NCBI GenBank assembly: GCA_013239625.1
Contig: MU054117.1
Coordinates: 62,001 to 126,000, forward strand
Direction: 5' to 3'
Length of the DNA stretch: 64,000 nt
Source: Lama guanicoe
Taxonomy: Eukaryota
The number at the start of each line of letters is the position of its first letter. The first letter of the stretch is position 1. This document shows positions 1 to 13,295 of this stretch, one piece after another. The position numbers and the translations under genes are program-made. Under the pieces are notes generated by a model. It searched no databases. It was not told the DNA's origin and was given only the letters and a program-made list of their open reading frames with translations.

Positions 1-217
1 AGAGCTCTGGTCTGGGAGGTGAGCTACACCATTTAGAGCCCAGGTGGCCTCTGGAAAGTCAGCTGACTCCTCTGCACCTCAGTTTTCTCATCTGAGGACA
101 TTGGTACCCACCCCTGTCACACAGGGTGGTTTTGGGGATCAGAAGGGCTTGGGCGGCAGCCTGTAGGACTCTTGAAATCCCGGGAGTAGTTCAAGCCTAA
201 ATAAGGCGAGATGGTAT

Positions 218-838
218 TGAGACAGGAAGGGGGCAGGGCGCAGCTATCCAAGGACTGCTACAGCAATTAACATCAAAATGGTGAAAGATTCAACCCCGAG
301 CAGGCCTTCAGGCTCAAGACGATGGGAGATTAACTTTCAGCAGATCTTGAGCTTCATTATACGCCCATTGTAATATTAGCATGGTGAATAACACGCCCAC
401 AGGTGCCGTGGCAGTCCCAAGGCTGGCCGCAAAAGGTCAGAGTGGGAGATGGCGAACTTCCTGGGAACCCCAGCCCCTTCCCCAGGCTACTTAGACTGGC
501 CCTTCCACTTATTAGCATATGAAGCCACCTAGCCCATAAAAACTGGCAACACCGCCTCCCGGCCGCCCCTCTCTCTCCCTCTTCAGAGACAGCCCACATT
601 CTGTCTATGAATTATGTACCTACTTTTAATCTGAGCACCCAACCCCCACACCTCATGGCCCTTCTCTTGCCTTTCAATGTATCTCTCTGAATAAATCTAC
701 CTTTACTCAACTGTGGCTTGCTCTTGAATTCTTTCCTGCACGAAGCCAAGGACCCACACTTGGCGGGGCACGCCCCAGAGACTCAACCGAAGCCTGGGAC
801 ACGGCCCTACACGCCCCACATCCGTTTTTCCTGCATCA
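218..838 (+). mobile_element. ERV1-class solo LTR (~620 bp)
   Basis: Begins TGAGACAGG and ends CTGCATCA (TG...CA). Flanks GTAT/GTCT form a 4-bp TSD with one mismatch. Internal CATAAAAA TATA-like box (~535) and AATAAA (~690) followed by a typical U5 segment 'ctcttgaattctttcctgcacgaagccaagga'. Confidence 0.85.
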
Positions 839-2864
839 GTCTAATATGCTGGGGGTGGGGGGGGCGGTGACTAAGAAGAAGAAGGAATCTAATTCTACCT
901 CCAAGTTCTGGAATCTCACTTTCTGACTTGGAATCTGACTCTTGACTCGTCCTTACAGAGTCAGAGACGCCCACGTCCACATCAGCCCAGCCTGTTCTGC
1001 CCTTTCCAAGCTGGCTGTGCGTTTCATGACAGTGGACAGCACCTCTGGACGTGTCTCTTCCAGCCAGAGCCCCTCAGTACAGGGACCTCAGGGGTAAAGC
1101 TGTGCACGCAGTAGGGTCTATGGTGCCTGGTGTGAACCTTTGGCCAAAAGCAAGCCAAAGAGAGAAGTATTGTCAGGTAGGGATGGTGTTTTTCCAGGAT
1201 GGTCAAGGGCGTGCCTCCCTTTCTCCAGAACTTCGTCAGTTAGATGGCATTTTTATGGCTCCTTTTTAAAACCTGGACTTGGCGTTCAGGGCAGAACTCA
1301 GTGCTTGCTGCTTTCTCCTCTCCGTGTAGATGCAGCAGAACTCTTGCTTTGCTCCTGTGTCTGAGAAGACATCTTCATCACCGTCATCTGTCCGGTACTT
1401 GACAGGCCCAGTAACAGGGTCTGGTGTTAACTGTGCCAGGTGCTGGTCTGAGTGCCTTACATCCAACTCGCTTTAATCATCAACAGCCTGTGACAAGAGC
1501 CCTGGCCTTGTCCCCATTTTGTAGATGAAGAAGCCAAGGCAACAGAGATGTCACAGAAGGAGTGCAGGGGTAGGTGGGGCTGAAATACAGGCAGTTTGGC
1601 CCCAGCCTTTCTTCTGAACGAATCCGTAGAACTGGCTGTACAGAATGGTGAGCACCACGTGCAAGGCCAGAAGCTGGGACACGTGCCCCCACACAGCCCC
1701 CCAAAAATGAGACCCGTGGAGGTGTCTCCAGATACTGACACCCCAGCCACCCTCTTCCTGTGAGTAGTTTGTGGCATTCCTTCTAGGGCTCTCTTTCTGT
1801 TTCCTAGGAAATAGCCAATAAACTCAGTCACCCTGGGTGATAGAATTTCAGAGCTGGAAGGAGCCTTACTCCACAGTCTAGAAACTGAGGCTGGGAGGTA
1901 GTGCCACAGCTGCTGTCACAGCTGAAGATTGCGCATCCCTGCCCCACCGAGGACCCACCTCGGCTTCAGATGCTTCCTCACCAACGCGGAGATTCCCGTG
2001 CTTGGGGTAAGTCGCAGCATCTGAGGTCACTGCTGGTGCCCAGACCCTGGCTTCTGCTCCAGATGTGCAGGGCACCCGCCACACCAGCACGGAGAGCAGT
2101 TTTGGTCCCCCCAGCAGGCCCTCGAGGGAAAGTAGGATGGAGGGGCATGCCACACAGCTTGAGTATTTCAGAGAGTTGTATATTTACCTGAGATGGTGCC
2201 ACAGTTGTTACTGAGTACCAGATTTTATTTCACAGAGAAACATTCTGAAACAGGATTGATCTGTCGATTAAAAGTGGTCCTTTGTATTTAAGAGGCTGGA
2301 AAGCACTGACGGGCTCTTCGGTCCCAAGTTATTTCCTGAGATGGAATTTTGGGTCAGCAAGCCCTGATTAAGGTATTTGAGTGGGGGTGGGGGAGGAGTG
2401 TTGGGCGGAGTTCCAGAAGTCCTCGTTTCACACCTCACCTGGGTTGGGCAGCAGAAAGGAGAGGGGTGTAGGAACCTCAAAGAAGAGAAGGGGTCTCAGC
2501 CCTCCAGTCCTGGCAGCCTCGGTCAGCCCTGACGCTGGCTTTCTTGCTCAGCTGACTCCAGTGAGAGAAACAAACATGCGCCCAACACTGTCCCATGGGT
2601 CCTGGGCCTCGAAGAAATGACATAATGATGAAAAACAGCAGGGTTGCAGTTCGCCTTTGCATTTATCTCCATTATTCTTCTCAGACCGCAACCTCCGGGG
2701 CGTCTTGGTGAGTTCTTCCTGACTGATGACTTGACCCCACCCAGCGTCTGGTTCTGGGACCGAGTGAGAATGGCAGGACACTGAAACTCCAGGAAGGTGA
2801 GGGAAACAGGAGTCTGAGCGTACTTTTTAACTCGTGACAGTTGAGTTCAGTTCAAAAATCGTCA

Positions 2865-2965
2865 GGGGTGAGGGTATAGCTCAGTGTGGAGTGTGTGCTT
2901 AGCATGCACGAGGTCCTGGCTTCAACCCCCAGCACCTCAACTATAAAAAGGAATAATAATAAATT
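2865..2965 (+). mobile_element. tRNA-Ala-derived SINE (camelid Vic-1 type)
   Basis: GGGGTGAGGGTATAGCTCAGTG...GCTTAGCATGCACGAGGTCCTGGCTTCAACCCCCAGCACCTC with Pol III A/B boxes and an A-rich tail. Confidence 0.9.
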
Positions 2966-4396
2966 GTTAAGGACTACTCGGCCAGGTTCCAGTATATTGG
3001 TTCTGTGAAGGCCTCTTCCTCTGCAAACCAGTCTGCGCGGGAGAGAGTGCCCCTCCCTGAGGTGACCCCGCTGAGCTCCAGGAGTGTCCTCGCGTGAGTC
3101 TGTGTCGAGAAGTTCCACCACCTGCAAGGGCCACGGGGCAGCCCCCCTTCTGGCTCCACAGTGATCAAGTCTTTCTGGGGACGGCCTCTGTGTCTCTGGC
3201 AACAGAAGGGAGCCTGCCCCTCCTTCCACCAGGCCCTGGTCTCCGGTCCTCACTGGGAACGGCTGCCTCGGAGCCTGCACGGCCCTGCCTGTGGGTGTTC
3301 TCTGGGAATAAGCGTCCCTGAATGGGGAGGTGCGCGGTCACCACCCCTCCTGCTTTGTGTCCTGCTGGGAAACGCGTTTGTTCTTTGTGCCTCTGGTTCT
3401 GAAATGTAGTGGGACAGTGAGAGTAAATTGCAGGTAGACCCACCACACCCAGCCCCTAATCCCTCGGGACAAAAGGCATTACGTGGGCTGAATGAACTAG
3501 AAGTGAGTTCACGTTCCCCTCTCCGACAGCCGACGTCCGAGGGACTAGGGAGAACAGAGGTGGAAAAACAGGAATCACATGTGACCACAGCAAACAAGGA
3601 AACTCTGAGACCAGCGATGTTGGAGCCACCATATTGTTGCAGCCCAGGAAATGAGCAGAGATGAAGGCGTCTCTCCCCTCCTTACTGGAGGGGCGCCATC
3701 CCCTCTGACTTGTCTCCACAGGCCTCTGTCGGTAAGATTTCCATAAACTGTCCATACCTGAGAAAAGAATCTCTGAGGTGAAAGATCTCCCCTGTGTTTT
3801 ACAGCTGCTGGTCTGATTGTTTCGTGCCGCGCTTCTTTGGTCCTTTAACTGATCTTGATAGAACGGTACACACCCAGAGTGAAAGTAATCCAGATGAGAC
3901 CAAAAAGTACAGGCGGATAAGAGTCGTCTGAGATCGCATTGTCCACGAGTGACAGCTTCAGCTTTCTGTCCACAAACACACACGGCCGCGTGTACATCGG
4001 ACGTAATTATGCTGCCCTGCGGCCTGACTCACAGTGTGGCGCAGGGTCCTTCTTACTCTTCAAGTGGGTGTTGGTACTGCTCACTCTAAAAGGAGAGATG
4101 ACAGTCCTGCCGTTACAGGTGACAGTTTCCATGCTCACAGTTCTCTGTGGTAAGAAGCAGTGGTACCTGCTTGACCCCAGGTAACCCTGAGGCCGGGAGG
4201 AAACCGCAGGGGTCCATCTCCCTTCTCTGTGTGCTCAGTTCTAACCACTCCTCATCACCCGGTTGTGAAGTGTAGTACTTTACGGCTTAAAAAACACGCA
4301 GGTGTTCATGATGCGCTGCTCCCACTACACCATACCACTCTCCTCTAGAGGAGCTGAGCAGCCGACTGTCCTCTCAAATCTCCAGAGTAGGGAGTT

Positions 4397-4490
4397 GTTT
4401 CTTTTGCTTTTTAATGGAGGTACCAGGGATTGAACCCAAGACCTCATGCCTGCTAAGCACATGCTCTACCACTGAGCTAGACCCTCCCCC
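4397..4490 (-). mobile_element. tRNA-Ala-derived SINE (Vic-1 type)
   Basis: Reverse complement reads GGGGGAGGGTCTAGCTCAGTGGTAGAGCATGTGCTTAGCAGGCATGAGGTCTTGGGTTCAATCCCTGGTACCTCC plus an A-rich tail. GGAGTT is repeated on both flanks. Confidence 0.9.
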
Positions 4491-6790
4491 AGGAGTTCTC
4501 ATTAAGATCTTTCAAAAATCCTGCATTGAAACCTCTGTCCCTTCTTCAGAGGGAGCAGAGGTCTGCCTCCTGCCCACTGACAGCTCGTTGTCACCCACGC
4601 AGGGGCAGTGGCACTCCAGGCAGGCCCTGGTCTCTTCGTGACTTTCTTGTGCTCCTGGCAAAGCGCAGAGTTGATCTATCTCATGCTTTCCTTTCAGAGA
4701 GACAGGAGAGAGAGCGTTTGTTCTTGAGGGTGTGAAACTAGAGGTGATGAAACAAAATGGAATGAGATGCCAGGAAACCATTTAAACCCAGGGTGGGTGG
4801 AGGGCATACACAAGGATTAAACAGCGTCTTTTTGACATGGAGGCAGTTAGGCAATCAAAATGACTATTTTCTCTTTAAAGATAAGAATTTTTATTTATAA
4901 AGCACTCCTTGCTGGAATGAGCTCAGAGCATTTAGTGGGTGCTGGCTTAATTACCCTGCCCAACAAATAATCTGGCAGGTGGGAAAAGAGAGCTAATTAT
5001 CCCTGTTTGCAGGTGGGGAGACGGAGCCGTGGAAGAGGGTGCGTGCTCAGAGCCAGCTTCCAGAGAGCTGAAAGTAGAGCCTCCTAGCTGCACCCTTCCA
5101 TCCACCGCTTCCAGGCGTCCTCCTGAGGACGGACAGCCCACTTGCTGACCAGAGCAGAGAGGCCGGCACTCATCGGGAACTACAGCTCCCAGCAGACACC
5201 AGACGGGGACAGGCTGTGCCCCTGTGCCCGTTCCAGATTCCCAAATATGGAGAAGGACTGGGCTTGGGGAGAGGAACTGAGTGTTCACCCTTGAGAGAGG
5301 GAGAGAGAGAGGATGAGGTAAGTGTGGAATATTTAACTCTCTCCTAACCATCTGCCTGGGCTTTGACATACGGCAGCCACAGTCATGGGGTCTCAGTAAA
5401 TCTTTCTGGAAGATGTCACCTTGAAATCAAGCAGTTAGCTCAGCAGAGCCCTGTTTCCTAGGAGGTCAGATACCCTCTCTGAGTCCACCCAGCTCAGAAG
5501 GGGGTGCTGGTGGTGGTGGGAAAGAGGGCCGAGTGGAGGACAGCTCTGCCGCCAGAAGATGGGCCGGCAGACCAGGGTTACTCTTTCTGCCACGGAGGCT
5601 GCCAAGCCCGCCTGGTGGGAGAGGCACAAAAGGACTCTCTCCTGTACTAACAGACATTTAGGGAAGCTCCTCCACTCAAGGCCTGGGCTGCACTCTGGGC
5701 AGGATGCACACCTCTGAGCCTGGGTCTCTGTCTTCAGGATGCTTATGATAGGGGTCTGGGGGCAGGTACCCTGGGAGGTGCCAGGCCTGTGTTATTTATG
5801 CTTTTTTTCTAGCGTTTAGTCACCTACCACCCGCCACGTGGCCAGCACTCAGAGTCCAGTGGGGAAACACCAGAAGCAAAGCTTGTTGCCCTCATAGTTG
5901 GATGTTCTTGCAACCCTGGGTGTCTGGGAGAGGGTCCTCCAGCAGAGCCTTGAGACGGACATGAGCTTGGTGCGTTCAGAGCAGGCAGTGGGCTGGAAGG
6001 GAAGGGGTGAGGGAAGAGCAGGAGGAAACAAGTCTGAGGACTAGACCCCACGTCTCGCAGAGCCGGCTGAGGATGAGAAGTGCATTTCTCTGTAGGGGTC
6101 TGATGGAATCTGACGTAAAGTGCAGACTTCTCAAGGCATTTGGAGAGGGCGGGGAGGTGTCCCTGAGCTGGGATGGATGAGAAAGGCTTCCCAGCTGAGC
6201 CCCAGTGGTCAAACAGAATTCCCATTTAGAGAAAAGGCATCCAGTTGGGAGGAGCCCCAGGAGCAAGGTGTGGAGTCAGGGTCATCCATCTGCCACAGGC
6301 GTGGTCGTGTGGGGCTGGTGGATGCTGAGGTTGGGGAGGGAGAACTGGGGAGACTTGCAGTCCCTGTGTCAGAAGGTTCTGGTTCTGAATCTCAGTAACA
6401 GGGACACATTATTCATGGGCTTCAACATCCAGTCTAGGGATCTGGGCTCCTGCCGGAACCAGCATTTCCCCGAAAAGTCTTGTTGCCTTGAAGGCTTTTG
6501 GGTCCCACGTTGAAATCAAGTTGACTCCTGGGGCCATTGTTATGTCCTGCCCTATGGAAGGTGCCCCCATCGCAAGCATAAACCGCAGGTGGAAGGCGCC
6601 CTCCCGCAGAGGTGCTGGTCAGCCTTTTGGAGGATAACGCACCCGTTTGCCATCAGGTGGCATGTAGCGGCGAGTGACTTCCTTCACCTCTAAGACTGAA
6701 GCTCCACGGACTGGCTGCGGAGCAGGGAGGAAGAGGAGCAGGGTGAGGAGAGCCGGGGATGGGGTGGGAGAGGAGAAGCACACGGACCAG

Positions 6791-7260
6791 TGTCTACTGA
6801 GATAAGTGCACAGCCTGGAAGTTGAGAGTTATGTTTTATTCAGTGGACAGTTCTGAGGACCCAGCCCAGGATGACAGCCCCTCAGATGGCTCTGAGGGAC
6901 GGCTCCAAAGAGGCAGGGGAGGAGCTAGGATACAGAGGAGCTTTACAGCAAGGGCCAGGGAGTTGAAACATTAAAAGATTGCTTGTTAACTGAAGAAAAC
7001 CAGGCTTCTCAAGATAAGGAATTTAGCGTTTTTCTCTGTATGGGAGGAAGCGAACATTTGGGCTCATTGAATTCACTCCCTTACAAGCACCTCGCTGTCT
7101 AGGGCCAGTGTCCTGTCCTTTCTTATTCTGAATCCCCTCAGGGTGCACCATTGTGAGTGGCTGCAGAGGCTGGGCTGCAGGCTTGTCTTCACTGGGGGGT
7201 GACTTGATGGCTTCAGCATTCTTTGTTTACTGATGTGGTTTGCAGTATTTTTCGCTCACA
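6791..7260 (-). mobile_element. ERV1-class solo LTR (470 bp)
   Basis: TG...CA termini with CCAG/CCAT flanks (4-bp TSD, one mismatch). AATAAA on the minus strand near 6835-6840. Clearly related to the LTR at 51567. Confidence 0.85.
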
Positions 7261-7831
7261 CCATTAACTCCTTCCGGGTGGAGAGCTGTGTGTTTTATTT
7301 CTGTATTGCCGACTCCAAACCCAGTGAGGTGGTCATGAGTATTTGGTAGTGAACAAATGGCAGGGACCCCTTGGCCCCAGTGAAGGACCACTTCTCCACC
7401 AGGGAGGTAAGATGACCAAGTGACTCCCTCTGCCGTCCCCACTCACCCGGCTGTCAGCCCTGCATCTGACACCCTCTCCCCTGAGGCTCTCCTTAACACT
7501 AGGTTCTCTGAACTGCCAGGAAGACAGCACATGCGTCCCCAGGTGTCACCCCCACCCCATCCTAGGTCAGCGTGCTGGCTGCTGGCACCTCCCCAGACTG
7601 TCGGATGGATGGGCCTTAGCCCCATCCACCCCGCTCCCCGCTCAACCGAGGCGGGACTGCAAAACCTCAGAAAGGATCTAGAGGTGAGAAGTGGATTCAG
7701 CTTGAAGAATAGGATTTCTGAGCTTATCGGCATTTAGCCAGGACAGCAGGGAAGGCTTGTGGGACTGTGTGGCTGGTCCTGTCTGGGGAGCTCTTTCAGG
7801 CGGGTTGGGTAAAGGAAGTTTGGTGTCCTCA

Positions 7832-8405
7832 CGAAGGAGGATTAACAAAATGGCCACACTTAGGCTAACATGTTGCTTATTCTTATGCTCACCCTTTAAA
7901 CGGTCAACTAACCGGACTGACCGGTTGCTACTCATGGTTCCAGGCCCGTTGTTAAAACTAAGGCTATTGATCTTACTGTTTCTACTTTATTCCAGTCATT
8001 GAAAGTCATAATCAAGCTTGGTCTCTGAGCCCTTCTCCAAGGAGAAGGTCACAGGACTGTAACCTTACAAAATAGCCTAAATTACCAAGAAGACCACACC
8101 TTGAGTGCTTAGGAGATAAAGAGATCTAACTGCTAACTGGTCGCCTGGAGGCATCATGACGCCATGCTGAGTCTTCTGATGAGAAAATGGTTCTGCTGCT
8201 TGTTAAGGATGCTTTATTGTTTGAGCTCTGGCTGTATAACCTCCCCACCCATCCCCAAGGGGGTTCACAGTGTTGAAGGCACTAGCCTGCTGTGAGTCCC
8301 CCTTGCCCAGCAAAGCAATAAAGTTGCCTCTTTTCTTCTCAGCTCCAAGACCTTGTCTCTGGGTTATTCTGCTCTTTGGGGATGGGGGCCGATCTTTCCG
8401 CAGCA
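7832..8405 (+). mobile_element. ERV1-class solo LTR (574 bp)
   Basis: Perfect 4-bp TSD CTCA (7828-7831 and 8406-8409). Starts CGAAGG (TG mutated to CG) and ends GCAGCA. TATAA at ~8235 and AATAAA at ~8317. Confidence 0.85.
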
Positions 8406-10264
8406 CTCAGCGAGAGCTTGCTCGGTGTGCTCAAGGTTTTCAAAGATTTCCACTTGGAGTGTCTGCTTGGGGTTAGGATGCGGGTGGCTGCCAGACCCCG
8501 GGAAGCCCTCCCTCCCTGAAATTCCATGCTCAGGGCTGGCTGTGGGCTTCCTGGGACCCAAGTTCCATTCATTGGAGCTATTTTTGATCTGCAGCCCATT
8601 GGTTGGCCCATCCGGGGAGGGTGCCACTGCTGAAGGAGGCAATTCACTGGGACAGGATGCCCTGAGGCAATGCTGTGAGCCCCAGGATCCCACACAAGGG
8701 TCTTCATTGTTCAGGGGTCATCTCTGCAGGGCCTCCAGCAGGGCAGGACCCTGGGATAACACTGCAGAAGCTCCCTGGTAGTAACAGCCCCTCCTCCCAG
8801 TTCTGACAAAAGCCTACAAGCCAGGCTTAATGGTTCCAACAATCCTGCTCGGTGGTTATTAGCGTCCCATTCGACTGAGGCTCAGAAAAGTTAAGAACCT
8901 TGCCCGAGGTTACCAGGCAGAAAATGCCAGGGCCAAAATTCTAACCCATAAATGTGACATCAAAGCTACTACAGCACACCACTCCACCTCTGAGGGCCCC
9001 TACCGGAGGGACAGTGAGTCCCGGGGAGGGAGGGGGAATGGATGGAGGAGGACTGACCCCTCAGTGCCCAGCAGACATGTGTCTGTGGTCCAGCTGCCTC
9101 TGAAGACCAACAGGTGAAGCCCAGGTGTCCTTTCTTCCTGTACACAGTGCGTCTTCAGCAGCAAACGCAGTGCATGGCACAGAAAGGGTGTCTACCAAAA
9201 TGTTTCCATCTAATTTCTCTCCCTTCCCCACTGATTTTTTCATTACTATCAGGATGGTGATCTTTCTGACCTCATCCTCTAGGGACACCACAGAGATAAG
9301 CTGATTAATGGAGGGGTGTGTGTGTGTGAGGCTCTCCCGAACTTAATATTTCCAGAGACGGCTGGGAGTGTGGTGACCCAGGAGACCACGGTGAGACCAC
9401 CTCGACCTCCAGCCGTCCTCCTCCTCCTGCCAGGACACAGACATCAGTGGGAGGCCTGACCCCAATGTTCATGGCCCAGGACCTGCTCTCTTCTGGCGGG
9501 TACACCCCCAGTGTCCCCCCAGCCCCCGAAGGGCCCCTCCCCAGGGTTGTTCTTGCAGCAGTGCCACAGCCAGAGCCATGGAAGCCCTGCAGAGTCACCC
9601 ACTGCCCAAGTTCCCACCCCTTCCTCTTTTCCCAGGTCAAATAGGGGGGCAGTTTACTTGGTTCTTCCCCAGGATAGACAAGTGGAGAGGAGTGGTCACT
9701 GGCAGGGAATAAATCAGAGCAAAAGACCCATGCCAGCTGGCGACTGTTGGAAAAAGGAGCAAATTCATGAATTACCCTATTTATACCAGAAATAAACTGA
9801 TAGTTTGGACCTTTACTTAATAGCCTGTGCCCAAATTACAGGCCATTCATGAAAATAAAGGCGTGAAGCTGGGTTTCAGGCCTTCCTTATGCATTGACGA
9901 CTTTGGCATGGACTCCTGGTCTCCCCTTCAGACCAAGTCCTGCTGTAACTTCAGTGTCAGACAGACCACTGTTTACAACATGGGCATCACAGCCTATTAG
10001 TGTGCCATGAGATTGATTTGGAGGATTCTGAATAGAATTTTTTTTTGTAATAAACAAAGTAGAAATAAAATATCGGAGTACTTCACATGTAGGAGGGATA
10101 GTTTAGGAGTAAAACGTTTATCTCAATAATACACATATTATCATATGAATAATATACACTAATAATACAATATTTCAGTAACATAATACATACGTGTGTA
10201 CTAAGTCATGACATCAAATGCAATTTTATTGTGGGCCAAAGTCAACAGTGTGAAAGGGGTTAGA

Positions 10265-10600
10265 GCACATACAATAGAACACTGTTCAGCCTTAAAAGGA
10301 AGAGAAAGTCTGACACAGGCTACAAGTCGGGTGACCCTCGAGGACATTGCACTAAATGAGAAGCCATCACAAGAGGACAAGTGCCGTGTGACTCCATTCA
10401 TATGAGGGCCTTAAACAGCCACAGTCATAGAGCAGAAAGCGGGTGACGGGGCCAGGCCCGGGGGGCAGGGATGGGAGCTAGTGTTTCGCGGTGACAGAGT
10501 TTCTCCCAGGTGAGGCAGTGCGACTGCTTACCCCATTCAAGACACTTCGGATGATCAGGGGTAGGTTTTGTGTTCTGTGTGTTTCACCACAATGTCTTAA
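10265..10600 (+). mobile_element. Old L1 (L1MB-like) 3' end fragment
   Basis: 'tcagccttaaaaggaa...ctgacac..gctacaa...gaggacatt...agccatcacaagaggacaa...tatgagg...cagaaag' follows the L1MB 3' UTR pattern. Confidence 0.75.
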
Positions 10601-13071
10601 GATGCTCAGGGAAGTCCCTGACCTCACTATCCGTGATGTTCACTGGCACTTCAGGCGTCCTTCGTCAGGGCGACACCTGGCCTGGCCATCCCCAGACCTT
10701 TCTCTCCCATGCTCTGATCTCCTGTCCTTCCTGCTTCCTCCTCCTCTTGTTCCCACCGTACCAACGCCTCATTCGACTCCTGTCACCCCCACCTTCTGCC
10801 AGGCGGGCGCCTCCACTCCTGGACATCTGTACCAGCCTCCTGACTGGTCTTCATGGGAGTCCGGCCCCTTCAGCTCATCCTCCAGGTGGCACTGGGAGTG
10901 GCCTGTCTAGCATTTCAATCTGACCATCATGCTCCATCCCTAAATCCCCAGTGGCTCTGTTGTCCTGAGGTGAAGCCCTCGGCCAGCAGACAGCAGCTGT
11001 GACCTGTGACAGGGCTCCTGATCTGCATTCCGTGACATCTTTTACTGTGCCTGCAGCTCCCCAAGCTCACCCGGCTTTCATTTTGCTTCTGAGTCTGGGC
11101 CTAGGGTCTTCCCCACCTCACTCATTCTTCATGAGCCCAACTCGCTCCCTCTAGGAAAGTCCCCTCTGCCCTGAAACGGCTGGATCTGGGGCCCCTGAAT
11201 GAGGCAAAAACACCTTTTCCCAGTATGTACCATACCGTGCTGCACCATAACTGCCAGCTGGCTTCTCCGAACCCCTCCCTTGCTGGACATCCGCCCCCCC
11301 ACCACAAGCCACACACCGAAACTGATTCCTCAGAGTGTCCCTGTGCCCGTTACGCTTCCTGCTGCACAGCAGACACTGCCTGGTGCGTGGCGGGCAGGCG
11401 GGAGGATGATTGTGTGGATCGATGTCACAGGTTCTGAGGTTCAAACCTGGGAATCAGGTTCAGTCAACACTTCCAGCTGAGAACCTCTGATCAAGGCCTA
11501 AAGAATGATTTATCCAAGTGACTAAGCCACTCTGTTCATGTAGCACCAACCAGCCTATAGGCCAATGCCAGCATTTTTTTAATCTTAGCTGACACACTTA
11601 ATGACCTGTGACTAAGAAGGAAGGCCGTCGTCATCACCACCAGGCGAGTGAGGAAGCTGTGGCCAGCAGGGTCTGCAGGTGTGCGAGCAGCGAAGCAGGA
11701 CAAGGGTTCGCCTCCTCCCGCTCACTTCACCGTGATGCTGTTAACCTTCAGGAGTGAAAAGAACCAGAGTAATTAAGTCTAAAATCAGAACCTTTCAGAA
11801 AACAGGGCTGTACATTTTCTGGCTTCTGCAAGATCCCCCGAAGGTCCCAGTTCGCAGGTTCTCAGTAAGTATTAACTAGCTCCTCTCTAGAGCCATCCCT
11901 GCAGGGCCTTGCTTTTTCTACATTTTCCAGAAAAAGACAAAACCAAGCGCCCTAAGGACCAGTGTCTAATGACGTACTGGGATTTTTTTACTTGGATTCA
12001 TCCTACATCTCTGTATTGCAAAATCAAGCCCAGTTTCTTTTATTTGATTCTCAGCAGAGAGGAATAAATAAAGCACGAATATTTTTATACCCCATCTGCA
12101 TCCAAAAAAGCAGAAAAAAGTTTCTCACTCTTCCCCATATAAATAACCTCTTCCTCTGCCCGCCCTAGTCCGAGTTAAGCCGTTCTAACTGCATTTTGCA
12201 TAACATCTATTTTTCAAACATTCAGTCATTGTATTTGATCTTATTCGACCCAATCCAATTGTCCCAATCTCTTTTTCACTTTTAAAGCCAAAACTGGACG
12301 TGGGTCACTAGTAGGATTCTGGCCAAGGCCAAGAGCAGTGGGAGGATGACTTCATGGGCACGGGACCGTTTTACAGTGTCTCAGGCACACGGGATCCAGC
12401 TGGCATGCGCACAAGGAAGGCGTCCATGAGGCCGCTGCCTTTTCCTCTAGGAGAGCAGCAAGAGGCCATGTAGGCTGAAAAAGCCTTTCTCCTCCTATGC
12501 ACGCCGTGGTAACTTTCCCCTCCATCTAGATCAGTCTAGCACTGACAACTGTCCTCTGCAAAGTAAAACTGACCGAAACCTGGAGCTCTGATTTAGGGAC
12601 ACTGAGAAGGACTCCGTCCAGGTAATCACAAGGCCTCGGGTTACCAGAATCATCCTGAATTCACAATGTCTATTAAGTGGTCCTAGAAGTTGCAATTTTC
12701 TGTTTCTAAATTACACCTAATAGAAGCTTCTTACATCTAAAATCAATTTAAAAGATCTTTTGGCAGCGTGTGCAAGTTTTTTATTTAAAAACATAGTCAG
12801 TGAATCCGAGTTTTTTCAGAAAGCAGCTCCCTTCTGCTTGCTCCGGCCTGCAGGTCCACAGCTAGAACTTCATTCTGTCTTGTCTTACGGTGCCATCAGT
12901 GCCGTGAGTGAGCAAATACCCACGGAGTTACTTGCACAAATACCCCTAGATTGATGGATGCTATTTTAAACTTTTATCAGGCACTTATAACTTAAGAGGG
13001 CATCTATTTTAGAGTTTTTGCTGAAAGCGAAGTTTTGACCAGAAGAGAGGAAGGCAGAGCTGAGACTTTGG

Positions 13072-13295
13072 TGGTGTTTCTCAACCTCTTTGTTATTATC
13101 ACACCTTAAAGAGTGTTTTTAAACATCTTCCTGATCATCACTCCCCCAGTGAAATGTTAATACCATAGATACTGTGTATCTGTGTGTGTGTAGTGTGAAT
13201 ATCTGTGCTTTACTCATAAAAATAGTACGGTGTTTTTCAGACCCCCAAGAACCAGTCCCCCTGCGTGGGGACAACAGTGCCCTTGCAAGTGCGTA
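13072..13295 (+). mobile_element. hAT DNA transposon relic (MER96B-like)
   Basis: 'gtgtttctcaacct...tgaaatgttaataccatagatactgtgtatctg...tatctgtgcttta..cataaaa...cccccaagaacca' matches the recalled MER96B consensus. Confidence 0.7.

Noticed and set aside
2865..2940. tRNA-Ala-like sequences here and at 4.4, 29.0, 29.9, 47.8 and 60.6 kb
   Set aside because: Each has disrupted stems and an A-rich tail, and most have TSDs. They are SINE copies, not tRNA genes.
3456..3983. 175-aa minus-strand ORF and nearby exon-like segments at 2974-3121
   Set aside because: No similarity to any protein I recognise, weak splice context, and no chain of compatible exons.
12425..12550. Hairpin followed by an A-rich box and ACA, resembling an H/ACA snoRNA
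   Set aside because: Only one imperfect stem, no convincing second hairpin, and no family resemblance. An Rfam/Infernal search would be needed.
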